A DNA stretch of 60,309 bases from Saccostrea cucullata (taxonomy: Eukaryota): positions 1 to 60,309 of the forward strand of contig NW_026934446.1 in assembly GCF_032062105.1 (NCBI RefSeq), in the 5' to 3' direction. A program made the position numbers and the translations under genes. Below, piece after piece: positions 24,833-37,574 of the stretch (position 1 is its first letter; each line of letters opens with the position of its first letter). The notes under the pieces were generated by a model. That model did no database searches and was not told where the DNA came from. It was given only the letters and a program-made list of their open reading frames with translations.

Positions 24833-26182
24833 TATAAGGCTTTTAGGCGACTTACCTGTTGTTTGTGTTTGCACGTAGCCCACCAAACATTCACAGGTAG
24901 GACAACCGTCCAATCCACACTTATAACCAACGTCACATGACGCAGGACAACTTAATGAGGTTGTACAATCCACTTTGTGTTGTATTACGACTTCATGTGT
25001 GGTGTACCCTATAATTTAGAAGGTCTGCTTTTCTCACAAATGCATTTTAATGTATATGTTCACCATGTATGTATTAAATTTGGAGTGTACAATATTTTTC
25101 AGAAATACATTTTACAACTAGTCATTAGCCCCATATGAATTCATGTATATAATAAAAAGACATAAATTTATGTAGCTTTATATTTTCAGTTTTCTGTTTT
25201 AAGAATTGAACTCCAATGTCCCTTTTCCTATCTGATCAGAACCTAATATAACCAACTGAGATTCACCCCTTGTTATTGCAGTATATATTTTTTTTATCAA
25301 GTTAGGAATGAAGATCGGGGCAGTTTTATACATATCCTTTCTCCTTTAATGGCATTATTCAGCATGATTTATCTGCATGTAATTTTTATCATTAATTTTC
25401 TGTATGTATCTCTGGTTCAATATTAACCTGAGGGTAGAGCACAATCACACGTAGGACACCCATCTGTTTCACATTTATATCCCACACTGCAGCCATAATT
25501 ACAGGTCAGGCTAGGACATGTCAAGGTCAAGACCTGTTGAACTACATAAAAATCACAATGTTAAATATAACTCGGTAGGTTTTCGTAGCAAGTAAAAAAT
25601 AAAACATGTACTGGAGGACGTTTATAGTGAGTAAGTGTATGATAGTTGTAATTAATTATATGCTTGTTTATAAGACTGAGTATTGCAGTGCTTGGAAAGA
25701 ATTAACAACAGAAGTAATTAGAATGATATTCAATTTAGATTTACAATGTAGAATTTATTTTAAAAACAATAATTAAAGCGATCAAAAGATCCCACTCACT
25801 GTATGTTACAGAGGGCTTTGTACATATACACGTCCCACAGCCATCTTTTCCTGTTTCCCCAATCTGGTAGTTTGATCCGCACCTTTCTAGACAAATCTGT
25901 TCTGTTTGGCACTCTTTTGTCGGCGCTACGACGTACGTAGTTTGAGTGTTAGTTCCAGTTGATACACCAACAGAGGGGCAGATCCCACTGTTCCCTCCAC
26001 CACCACCTATAAAACTTGATCCGCCAATAGTAGAAGACCCACCACTTACAGCTGTGGATCCGCCACCAGAAATACTAGATACGCTAAAGGGACTAGAACA
26101 CCCTGTGAATCCGCCACCAGCTCCAACTGACCCACCGCCTACACCTGATCCACCACTCATAGATCCTGGGTGTATATTTAGT

Positions 26183-27462
26183 AAAGGATGAGGTGACTTG
26201 CGGCCCCTCGTATATTGACAAAAAATTAAATGTTTAAATTTTACTCAAATTTTTGTATGTAACTAATCAATGATATTTTTACATTTATAGAATACAATTT
26301 TTAACAAAAATAGAAACGTGATTTGAAAGATATAGATCTTTTATTGGGGTAGGGGTATCATGTTTACATTCAATTCCCATTGCATTTTAACCCCGCCCCA
26401 CTCTTTGAAGCCCTTAAAATATACGAGCGCAGATAGGTACAATTTTCTCCTTTGGCTGGTCACTGTATTTTATTGAAACCTACCTATATGTGAAAGGAGA
26501 AAATTGTACCTAACTGCGCTCACATGTTAATTTTAAAAAAATTATAAAATCTGGTTGGCCTTTTCCATTATAAACAGATCGACGGAACTAGATTTTCTGA
26601 CGTAATAATGAATTCATATGCTAATCGAGGCACAGGCGATTCTTTCTAACTGACCAATCAGCTAAATGAAATTCGTTACGAGTGAATTCCACAAAAATAC
26701 TATGGAAACATGCTTGGAAGTTTACTGCTTTCCGATATTTTTTTTATGCATTTGAGTCACAGATTAGACACGGATCTACATATGTACCATTTCCGAGACC
26801 ACAGTAAAATTTATATACAGTTACGAACAATTGATAGAATATACATGATATGTATACATTAGTTTAAAGTTTTGTAGCGTGTTTGGTGAGCAATTCGCTA
26901 GGTCTAAACGTATTCCCGAGTATCGGTGAATACTAGTTTCATGTGCATTTCTAGTCCTAAAAACCGTAAATACCAAAAATCCATGTGTATTATTTAGTAT
27001 AAAGAGCATTAGCTGAGATTTATAAAAGTTTGAAATGTAGAAAAGGACAACAGGTAAATTGACCAAAACCACGTGTCTGCGATAAAATGTAAACGTAGTA
27101 AACCAGCATGTTTTGTTGTTCTGTCATCGGATTGGACAATGACTAAGTGCGAAATAATAACAATACCCATATAAGGTCTTCTCGAACACGCATATCCCTC
27201 TATTGTACTAAGACCCGCCCATTCTCTTGCCATAAAACAAAATATTTGCACAAACCTTGCCGAATTTAGCTGTGATAGGGTCTTAAAAATCAAAGATAAT
27301 GCAGTATTCCTTATAATTAAGATGTGTCTGAACTATTGAAACTATTCAAAAGGCTTCGTATTTATTCACTCATATTTGAAAACTACCAACATCTTTGTAG
27401 ATTAAACATAATTCGTCATGGAAAAAGGGGCCCCAGATAGCAGTTATGTCACCTCATCCTTT
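26183..27462. mobile_element. About 1.3-kb non-autonomous TIR element (Kolobok-like termini)
   Basis: 15-bp perfect TIR AAAGGATGAGGTGAC / GTCACCTCATCCTTT; internal 29-bp inverted repeat 26425-26453 / 26493-26521. TSD not clearly preserved. Confidence 0.7.
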
Positions 27463-27999
27463 GTTAAATGATTAAGACAACGACATTCATTAACATTTTA
27501 AAAATTCTAAATATATGAATGGCTATAAGAAAGTTTCCTTAAGTGAAGGAACTTATTTGATAAGGTAAAAAATACCCTGAAATTGAGGAAAACACTAATT
27601 TAATATTCATTTCAACTTATAATCCTTATTTTTAACCTTTTTTTAAAATTAAAGAAAAGCCTCTGTTTTTTTTTTTTAAATAACAATCGAAAATCGAACT
27701 ATGCATATAATACCTTAATGATAGCCAATAATATTTTGAAGAATAAAAGAGAAATAAAGCTCATTAAACCTGACATGGTGTTGCATTCACACGAAGGGCA
27801 TCCGTCGGATTCTATAGGACCTATCGTGTGTTGTCCTTGACAGGTTGATTTGCATAGCTACATATGTTACAATATATCTTTACTCCACCCCTCAATTATC
27901 ATTATTCGTATTTTATTACAGTTAACTTTTATTACACCCACAACTTTTATTGTTTAGATATCATCAACATTCAAGTTTAAAGTATAATTCCGTACATGT

Positions 28000-28245
28000 A
28001 TGTTCTAAGGTCGATATGATGACTTTGTCATCAACTACAATTTATCAATCAGTCAAATGCTGACTGACGTCATTCACACTTATTGTTATTCCGTTATTTA
28101 TAAGCTAAATTAACGACGTATTTCTTTCAATTTTTTTCCAATTCAGGACAAAGACCACACGGCAAGTGTGACCGGTCGACATGGGATGCTAACTTCTCGA
28201 CGGAACCTGATCTAATCTCAGTTTTATAAGTCAGTGTTTCCTCTG
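28000..28245 (+). mobile_element. PLE 3'-end remnant
   Basis: GGTCGATATGATGAC..AGTCAAATGCTGACTGACG..CACACGGCAAGTGTGACCGGTCGAC matches the PLE 3' region. Confidence 0.75.
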
Positions 28246-28284
28246 CTCGTCAGTCAGTTGTCTAGGTTCATAGTGTTGATAATT

Positions 28285-28370
28285 TACTGGTTGTCTGTGT
28301 TTGTACTATAGATGATTTACCGGTTTTCTTAGATTGTACTATAGATGATTTACTGGTTATCTGGGGTTTA
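28285..28370. repeat. Short degenerate tandem repeat
   Basis: TTGTACTATAGATGATTTAC occurs twice, plus partial copies. Confidence 0.6.
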
Positions 28371-29254
28371 CGGTTAATAGAGTTCGTATGGAAGGCCCTG
28401 AATGGTTGTCTTGGTCAATCATATAGAGTTTGAGAATTGAATTGCAGACTTCTAAAAAAAAATAATGGCGCAGTTAGTCGTTTCCAATAACTTGTTGCAC
28501 ACAGATACTTGATGATTGAACAATATAATTATTAATAATGTGAACGAAGCACCTAGGCAAAAATCATGTCTTTCACATGGTTAAAAGTAAATTACAAAGT
28601 GCTATGAAATTTGTGCATAAACTGTTTTTGTCTTTTAAAAAAAGAATAAGTAGCATTCAGTACCTAAACGTATCAGTGTCGACGACTATTTAGACATTGG
28701 ATAGGAGCTGCAGCAATTGAAAAAGTGAAAACATCAGTCCTTTGGTTTGAGTCGAAGTAAACCAATGCTACCAGACAGCTGTCTTTTGTGAACCTAAAGA
28801 AGCAGAAGTGGCCATTCCTGACCCGACATATTGTCAACCAATTGAAAAGTTGTAAACATGGAGAACATAAAGACAAGTATTGGCAGAAGAAGACATAATA
28901 CCAAATTTTAAAAGGTACAATACCACATTTTAGCGTTTGTCACTATGCTACTTTGTAAAACTACTGAAGAACTTATAATTATGACAAACTTATTGATTAG
29001 GAATTCTTTTACCTAATTTTATGAAAGACAGTTAGCATCTAAAATAGCATGTATAGCCTCATGACGGCTCAGTTATTTTTAGGTAAATAAAGAGGAGCGT
29101 GCTGTAGTCAAACCTCACAAAACCCAAACAAACATTGTACATTTACTTAATAAATATGTTAGTCAAATATAACCAAACAGACACAAAAATAAAAATCTAT
29201 GTCATTATATATTCAATAAGATCAATAAAAAGTTATTTGTTCAGTGACATTTTT

Positions 29255-30275
29255 TTGATATCATTGACAGCTGCTTCTTCAACAAAAATGGAACTCGTAA
29301 GTTTACTTACCTCGTCATTGGTCATTTGAAAAATTATTTTGTTAAAACAGATTCTTATTGCACACATAAGTACTCTGAAGTTGACATCAAGAAGATGCTT
29401 GAGTTTCTGATTGACAATATCTATGTGGTTTTTGAAGACCAGGTATTCCAACAATCTATTGGAATTCCCATGGGTACAAATTGCGCTCCGTTAATAGCAG
29501 ATTTATTTTTATATTCATATGAAGCAGAATTTATGCAAAATCTTTTACGTGAAAAGAAGAAAACACTTGCTGTGGCCTTCAACTCGACATTTAGATATAT
29601 CGACGACATATTGTCCATTAATAATGATAATTTCCATTCCTACGTCGACACGATATATCCTGGTGAGTCTTTGAAATAAAAGATACCACAGAGTCCGAAC
29701 TTCTGGTTCATAACCTTAGTCTTGAAAAAGACACTAATGGTAATCTAACAACCAAGCTATATGATAAACGTGATGACTTTAACTTTAAATCGTCAACTTC
29801 CCTTACTTATACAGCAATTTACCTTCATCACCTGCATACGGAGTATTTATATCTCAGTTGATTCGATACGCAAGAGCATGCTCTACGTATGAACAATTTC
29901 TTAAACGAAGTAAATTACTGACAAGCAAGTTGATGAAACAAGAATATCAGCGGTCTTTTGAAGTCATCATTTCGTAAATTCTATGGTCGATACAATGACC
30001 TTGTCAGCAAATACAATTTATCATTGAATGAAATTACTGACGTTTTTCATACCAATTGTTAGTCCATTATTTATACACTGAATTGACCACGGATTTTTTC
30101 CGTTATATCCTGATTATGACAACGAGCACACGGCGGGTGTGACCGGTCAGCAGGGGATGCTCACTCCTCCATGGCACCTGATCCCACCTCTGATGTTTCA
30201 AATATTTGCTCTGCTCTTGTTTTGTGTATTTGTCGTTGAGATTGAATACTGTTCGTTATTTCCATATCCTTCTTG
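29255..30275 (+). mobile_element. 5'-truncated PLE (Naiad-type) copy, closely related to the 1-5638 copy and inverted relative to it
   Basis: ORF 29326-29679 QSIGIPMGTNCAPLIADLFLYSYE..FRYIDD; near-identical to the reverse complement of 4450-3890 plus 394-1; several frameshifts. Confidence 0.9.
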
Positions 30276-30329
30276 AATAAGATCATGTATTTAAGTGCGT
30301 ATTTTATTATTTTAGAAATTACAATAATT

Positions 30330-30515
30330 GTTTTGTCAACATTGATCTAGATATTTAAAGATTATTTTGAACTGTTGATGTATTGTCAACATCGATTTAA
30401 ATATTTATAGATTATGTTGAAATGTTGATGAATTGTAAATGATTGTAATCTTTATAGATTATGTTGATGTATTGTCAACGATGATTTTAATATTTGCAGA
30501 TTATATTGAACTGCT
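30330..30515. repeat. About 50-bp degenerate tandem repeat
   Basis: GATTAT(G/T)TTGA..TGTTGATGTATTGTCAAC recurs about 4 times. Confidence 0.7.
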
Positions 30516-31256
30516 CAGACTAAATCTAATGGAGCGTCGAGGACAGTCTCCTCATTATACAACCTTTCAGATACACGAGTATCTCTTCGGTACAAACACC
30601 CAACTTTGACATTTTCATTTACAGTAGTGAACAAACAACAACTCATCATGTCGAGGTGCAATAGATTCCTTAGATGCATAAATTCAGACTGGGTGTACTT
30701 GAAAACGGTGTAGTAATGTAATTGTTTTAACAAATCTAGTTGACAACACGTGATGGTAGTACATGTACCCTGAAGTCGCCTTCACTAAGCTTAAACCAGA
30801 CCCAGAGAACAATATCCTGTATGCAATGTGACGAAATTATATTTTATATTTAATTATTGATTTCATTAGTATTGCTTATTTTGTTATATTTACAAATATT
30901 TTTTTTTTTCTTTTCTGAGATGAACCTATTGAAGGGATAATACGTTCAATTCTGTGTGAATGTTATTTAGGAGGTCAGAGGACAATAGTTTTTACCGTTT
31001 TACAAGAGCAAAATATTTTTCAATCACGAGATTTATAAAAAAATCTTCTTTTGATGTGAATAAGGTTTTGAAAACTACAGATTGGCCTAAAACTGCATTT
31101 CCCTTTTGAACCCGATATTGCTGTGGAGTTGGGTAAACAAAGACAGGCGATATCGCAGCTTTTGACTTCAAATAGTGTTAACTAATTAAATAATTAGGTT
31201 ATTCGATGTCAGCAGCGATCATTGATCTTTCACTATATACAGCTATTTCCTAAATA

Positions 31257-31473
31257 CTGAGGATTCCTTATTTTTCGCGAGTACTTTTTATCGCGAACTG
31301 GGTCTTTTGCGTCAAATCGCAAGAATTATAATTCGCGAAGGGACGGTTGATCAACAGAATTTTCGTAGATTTCAGCACCATAAAAATAAAAGCGAGTAAT
31401 ATTTTTTCGCGAGTGACGCTTCTCGCGAAATTACGCGGAAATTAATTCCTCGCGTATAATTAGGAATTTACAG
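31257..31473. mobile_element. TA-flanked MITE with TCGCGA motifs
   Basis: TA|CTGAGGATTCCTTATT...AATTAGGAATTTACAG|TA. Confidence 0.65.
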
Positions 31474-33849
31474 TATTGCTGACCTTACATTTACGCAACC
31501 TTTATGTTAACACTATTGCGTCTAGCAGACAAGGCCCTTAACCATTACATGTTCTCTACACATACGTAAGTAGACCGTGGCGAGTTATCATTCTTACTTT
31601 AGTATTTAGAGACATTCTGCACAATTCATACAATGAATCATTTCATGTAAAAGGGTTTTGAAATATGACTTGTATCAGGAAGTTAGTCATCAGTTATAAA
31701 GATATGTTGTTTTAGCAATATAATTTGTAGAAAACGATACACTGAACCGTATTAAGCTGATGCAAGGGGAAAATGTATCTACGTATATTTGTTATCGTTG
31801 TTACATGTAATTGTATTTTAAGTGAATGATAAGTCTAGGTACACTTGAAGGGGGAAAAGATGAATACTATCTGTCATTAATAGAAGATGATGTACATTAT
31901 AATCTAGTTTAAAGTGTGTACTCACAGAGGCAAATAAAAATATAGATAAAGACAAAAGGAAAAGACAATATATATTTGATAAATATTAAAGAGTTGAAAA
32001 AAGATATTGTGTGATTTTTGTTTAAGTGTTTGAGTAACAGGAAAGGATAAATGATGTTTTACATACCATGTATTGCTTGTCAACAGTTCAAAATACTTGA
32101 CGTAGAAATTAACGGATGTTCACACTTATACTTTATAAAACGAAGCGACGAACGTACATGAGGAGACACACTGAAACGGGGAGTTTATTGCTGTGTTGAA
32201 TATTGCTTCATACTGCACTCTGGCTTGCAAACAATATCCATATAAATGATAATTTGATTTGTTCCACGCATGCGCAATATCAGCTTTATACAAGGAAGGA
32301 CTCTGAGATCCAAGAATGTGATGCCTACATATTTCTGAAGGGAGTACAGCTTAAGATTCTAATCAATCAGGGGAGTGGTGAGTTGGAGTGGTGAGTAGGA
32401 CTTATTGTGCAATGTGTAGAGAATGTCCTGCAGTGTGTGTCTTTCGTGCCTTTCGTTCCACGAAATATAACATTATTTTATCATGTGATATTTTTGTAAA
32501 ATAATTAAAAACTAGAGGTACTTTGAGCAATGAGCTCATTAAATGATACCCAGCCTCCCATATGATTATAATGGAAAAATCCATGTTTTGTTGTGGCCGG
32601 GAAACCCAAAATATGTGTCAGATCAAAAAGTAAAATAGAAGGTGCACAATGACAATATGTAATAAAGTTCTGTGAATATAATTCAATAAATTTCACTCAG
32701 TGGTATAAGAAGAACAATATGTAATAAAGTTCTGACAATGATTACTATATATACTTTTCAAGCGGGGGTATAATAAAGTATGTACATGAAAATAATGAAA
32801 AAAAGATTAATTACAAGAAGTTTAACATGATAGGTAGCTGATGGTACCTATATAGGTTTTTTGGGGCACCACTGAAAAGATCCTTGTGTTACTTTGCAGT
32901 GGTGAGTGCGTTTGCCAAGAAGCGGTTAATACAATGTCCTTTTTCCGAGGTTGTAGTTTGGCTATTTGTTTCTGTGTAGGTTTATTGTGGTACTGGGTAT
33001 ACCATAAAATTTGATGTTGCTAGAAAAATTGGAAATAAATAATTTTCAAGTCAAAGACAGACAGACGGAGTTGACCTGGCCCACTCGATGACCTGCCATG
33101 ACCTCAGGCGCTAAGCGGAATCGGTCAGATCAGGTCACCTCGTGGGCCAGGTCTCGCGTCCTTATTTCACCATGATGACCTCAAACGGGGTAATTAATTG
33201 TATAATATTACTCTTCCATGAAACTTGATCCCGTCTTTGATTTTTGAAGCCTGTAACTGTTCTGTTATTATTTTGAAATGTTTCATGGATTTTTGAGCTA
33301 AAGTACTGTTCGTTATTTCCATATATTTCATTTGTTTTAATTTTTGTTTACTGAATTGATAATTTCAAATTTAAGCCATTACGTTTATTTTAAAAATGCT
33401 AGCATTTTATTAATATACATGTAAAATATACACATATGAAAAAGATGTTTCATAATTTTTCTTCTTGTTCCTTTTCTCATAAGCTCCTTGGTATATATAG
33501 ACTAGCATATGAATGGTAGTATTAATTGTTAGTTGATGAAAAGTCGTCAATATATCGAAATATAAAGTTGATTGCCAAATCAATTGTTTTGCTCTTCACA
33601 TAAAAAAATCAATACATCCCGTCGTAGATGAACACAAATACATGGTATTCATGGATTTTAACAGATTGTTTAAAAAGATAATCTTTAAAAAAAGTACAAA
33701 GATTTTGTCACAGGAATATGGTCTTGTTTGTAGAATAGTACAAAACGTGTTCTGATGTATAATTATTCATTAGTGGATATAAAGAAAAAAAAACCTAGAA
33801 AAACACGCTCACAACACTCATACAAACAATACACGTAGACAAATACCAC

Positions 33850-35510
33850 ATATAAAGACATTTCAACGTTAACCCGAAATAAAGTAAAAATTAAGATATC
33901 TAAAGACTGCAAATAGATAATTACATAAATTAAACAAGTAAATGAATTACAAGAAAAACGAATAAGTTAGATTACTAGTCCCTGATGACAAAAGCAGGTA
34001 ACAACATTGTCTTCATTTGTAAGGCCCATTATATAAATTGTATTTTTGAAGAAATTTGAATTTTACAAGTGGTAATTCATATTCTACTCATACTTCCCTT
34101 CCTCATGAAAAAGTTCTTCAAAATCACCTATCAGTTTTGAATATGTCTAATACCCCGAACAAACAAAATTATTTTGATCAGATATATATTGGATTCGGAA
34201 ACTTCATAGGAATCCTTACAAAAAAGATACATTGGGAGTTCCAGTAAATGTTCAACTGTCACGAAGCCTTTTTCTTTACTTCCCACTAAGATATTGACAC
34301 TAGTGAAGGAGAGACGTCAAGAGTTAAGTGCCAAAATACATTCAAGAAGTGGCGTGAATCAGATACTTAAAAATTCCAAGAACTTTTGGACAATTCAAAA
34401 ATCACAATATTTTACAAAAATCAACTGCATAAAATCTTACGACTTTTTAACTTTATAAACAACCATTCCCCATGATATATTAAATTTCAGGCTTTCTGAT
34501 ATCATCACAGTGGTTTTTTTTTTTTAAAAAATGGAAGTCGTAAACCAAGATAAATGGTCATATGTCAATTGCAAAATTATTAAGTTAAAACACATTCTGA
34601 TTGTACACACAAGCACTCTGAAGTTGATATCAAGAAGATGCTTGAGTTCCTGATTTACAATATCTATGTGGTTTTTGGTGACAATGTCTTCCAACAATCT
34701 ATTGGGATTCCAATGGGTACCACTTGCGCTCTTTTATAAGTACAGACCTAATGTTGTATTCATATGAAGCAGAAAATATGCAAAATCTTATGCGTAAAAA
34801 GAAAAAAAATATATAGTAGCCTTCAACTCAACATTTAGATATATTGACGACTCATTGTCAATTAACAATGGCAAATTCCATTCCTATGTGGATACAATAT
34901 ATAGTAGGGAGCTTGAGACAAAAGATATCACCGAGTCTGACACTTCTGCTTCATACTTTTTATATTTGTAAATGACGTTAATGTTAATCTAACACCCAAT
35001 CTTTATGATAAACGAAACAACCTTAAATTTTCTATCCTCAACTTCCCTTACTTATGCAGCAAAATACCTTCATCGCCTGTATATGGTGTTTATATATCTC
35101 AGTTGATTTGAAATGCAGGAATATGCTCTATGTATAACCAGTTTCTAAAACGAGGTAAATTATTGACATACAAGAATATCAGCAGTCTCGTTTAAAGACA
35201 TAATTTCGTAAGTTCTATGGTCGATTCAAAAACCTTGTCAGCAAATACAATTAATCATTGAGTCAAATGCTGACGTTTTTCATATTAATTATTCGACCAT
35301 TATTTATACATTGACGACTACAAATTTTATCCGTTCTTTCCCGATCATGACAATGAGCACACGGCTTGTGTGACCGGTTGGCAGGGTATGCTCACTCCTC
35401 CATGGTATCCCACCTCTGATGTTTTTGAGGTCTGTGTTTGCTCTGCTCCTATTTTGTATTGTTTTATGGACTTTGATATACAATACTGTTCGTTATCTCC
35501 TTATCCTTCA
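33850..35510 (+). mobile_element. Heavily degraded PLE (Naiad-type) copy
   Basis: Remnants of VPDDK.GNNIVFICKAHY, YDFLTL, GIPMGT, FRYIDD, NFPYL and the 3' motif GTGTGACCGGTTGGCAGGG; many stops and frameshifts. Confidence 0.85.
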
Positions 35511-35986
35511 TTATTGAACATCAAGCATCTAGAGAATTTGAGCTACAAAAGGAAATATTCTGTTAACACTTAAGAAAAAGAAATCAAGGATATATAATGA
35601 AAAACTTAAGTTATTGAAATGCATCATAAAACGTTTTAAAAATTATTAAAAAAAAATTATTCGTTTGGATATTTGTATGTAAAATTCCTTTGACGGTGTT
35701 CGAGTTTAATTTTTTTTTATATTAAATTCGGATCAACCCTCGTAGACTCATAAAAGTGCAAAGCCACACAACATGTTAAGCTCAGAAACGAAATGGATTG
35801 GTAAATATCAGTCTGTTGCAAATTGACCACATATATTGTAACATTTGCTTAGGAAAATAAACAATAAATCATTTTTTGAGTTATTGCAACTTATTATGAT
35901 AATTCTTTTAATTTTAGACATTTTAAGACAAAGACAGAGTCCTAACACTTCACAAATAAATTAAACGTATTGAAGGCATCCACATT

Positions 35987-36614
35987 ATGTCTTTATCCAA
36001 GTGTTACATATCAACACCAGAAACAACAAACACTGCTCGACTGGCGAGGCTTATACTGGGTCCATGTACTGATGTGTTACGTGACATTCTAAAGACTGAA
36101 GTAAAACCCTCTGATTTGTCCAGAAAAGTTAAAGAATTTACAGATAAACTTCTACATGGACAAAGAAATCCACTCAACAAAACACAATCAGAGATCATTT
36201 TCCCCAAACCAACAAATCAATACAGTGGTGATTATTCAGACTTAGACATATCTCTATTATATTTACTTCTACGCAATATAAGTAAAATATCACAACATTC
36301 CAAAGGTTGGGGAGAAATACCTAATCCCGGAGACAGAAGCGTTTCCGCCAACATTGAAAGAATTCGCCTTCTAAGGAACCAGTATTACGGTCATTCAGCT
36401 GATCTGTCCCTATCCGATTCAGAATTTAGACAGGAATGGCGAAACATCCGGGACATTGTAGTGGAGCTAGAGCGACACCTAGGAACCAATACGGTTTACC
36501 AGGATGCAGTCAACGCAATAAAAACCTGCTTTATGGACCCAGAACAAGAGAAGAAATACATAGACTTACTTGGAGATATCAGAGAACTTCATACATCTGT
36601 GGATGATCTTTCGA
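35987..36614 (+). CDS. Exon encoding the DZIP3-like HEPN domain (copy 2)
   Basis: Open frame closely similar to 7140-7767; donor GTAAGT at 36615. Confidence 0.8.
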
Positions 36615-37574
36615 GTAAGTAATTATAAGCCTTCATGTCATTTCTGGCTTAATGATTCTTGCATCATTTTACTCGGAATATTTTAATGGATTTAGACAGG
36701 GCTAGGGAAATATCCAAGATTTTAGACATAACTTATAATAATTCTTAATAAATATATCAACAGATTGATCATTATCAGATGTTCAAATATGTAAAATATT
36801 TTAAAAATCTAACTATAGATTAATTTTATCTATTCCTGTTTTTAGGTAATGTGCTGATTATGCAAAGAGAATTGGTGCTTCATGGTAAAAATCTCATATA
36901 AGTATAATGATGATCGTATAAATGATGATTAATACAGGAAATTCAGTTTGCCACAGTGTTAATTTTTAAACAATGAATAGTTTTATTGATACTACAAAGC
37001 AGATAGGTGATGCACGATAAATAGGATTTCATGAAATGAAAAAATGCGACAATTATGCTTAAGTTTTTAAAAAGATATAAAGCATTCCCATCTCTCAATA
37101 CATCCTTTAATCAAACAAACTCACTGTCTTCAGTCCGTTATAAATTTTCGGATGAATTTATTTTGAAAAATAACTTCTATTAAAAATTTTTTTTTTGTAG
37201 ATCCAAGAGTTGCAAGAAAGATCGGTACGATAATATTAAGATAAAATAGATATTAAATAAATAGTTGGATATTTCATATTTAGATATTCAAGGATGCCTA
37301 CTGGTAACAAGAGACAACAGAATTTAGTATGTTAATAATGCATGTTTGTTTATGTTATGGAAAAATTCCTGGTCTTAAAGGCCTAGATAAGATTCCTTAC
37401 GAAATTAGAACCTTAATGGCATAATGAAAGAAATTAATATCTGTGTTCCTTTCATTAACATACACATTGAAAAGTGTGGAGGATTTATTTTCTTAAATTT
37501 TTTTTATGAATTTGTTGATTTATATATCATTGATGATTTGTGTGAGTTCTGTGAAATTTATTATTAGATGATTG

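Larger units (their letters stand above)
20670..27857 (-). pseudogene. Gly/Ser-rich, antistasin-like Cys-repeat, KPRPQ-repeat protein (matrix/shell-protein-like), copy 1, 5' incomplete; exons 27857-27770, 26165-25800, 25541-25428, 25008-24856, 24343-24002, 23229-22939, 22605-22405, 20704-20670
   Basis: Consistent phase-1 GT..AG splicing gives LCKSTC..DGCPSCEC, GGS-rich tracts, CLERC..DGCGTCIC, CPSLTCNYGC..DGCPTCDC, CPASC..DGCPTCEC, ECxDC..KPRPQxQTVYV repeats, ENGIPIYVDRPRPQ repeats and a last exon EKEEEDNEQQI*. There is one in-frame TAG at 24042-24044 where the paralog has TAC. The last exon and the 22939 donor are less certain. Confidence 0.72.

Noticed and set aside
25946-26191. Pro-rich plus-strand ORF
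   Set aside because: Antisense of the Gly-rich exon.
28440-28920. Coding-looking stretch or candidate signal-peptide exon
   Set aside because: Stops in all plausible frames, no convincing splice sites and no recognisable motif.
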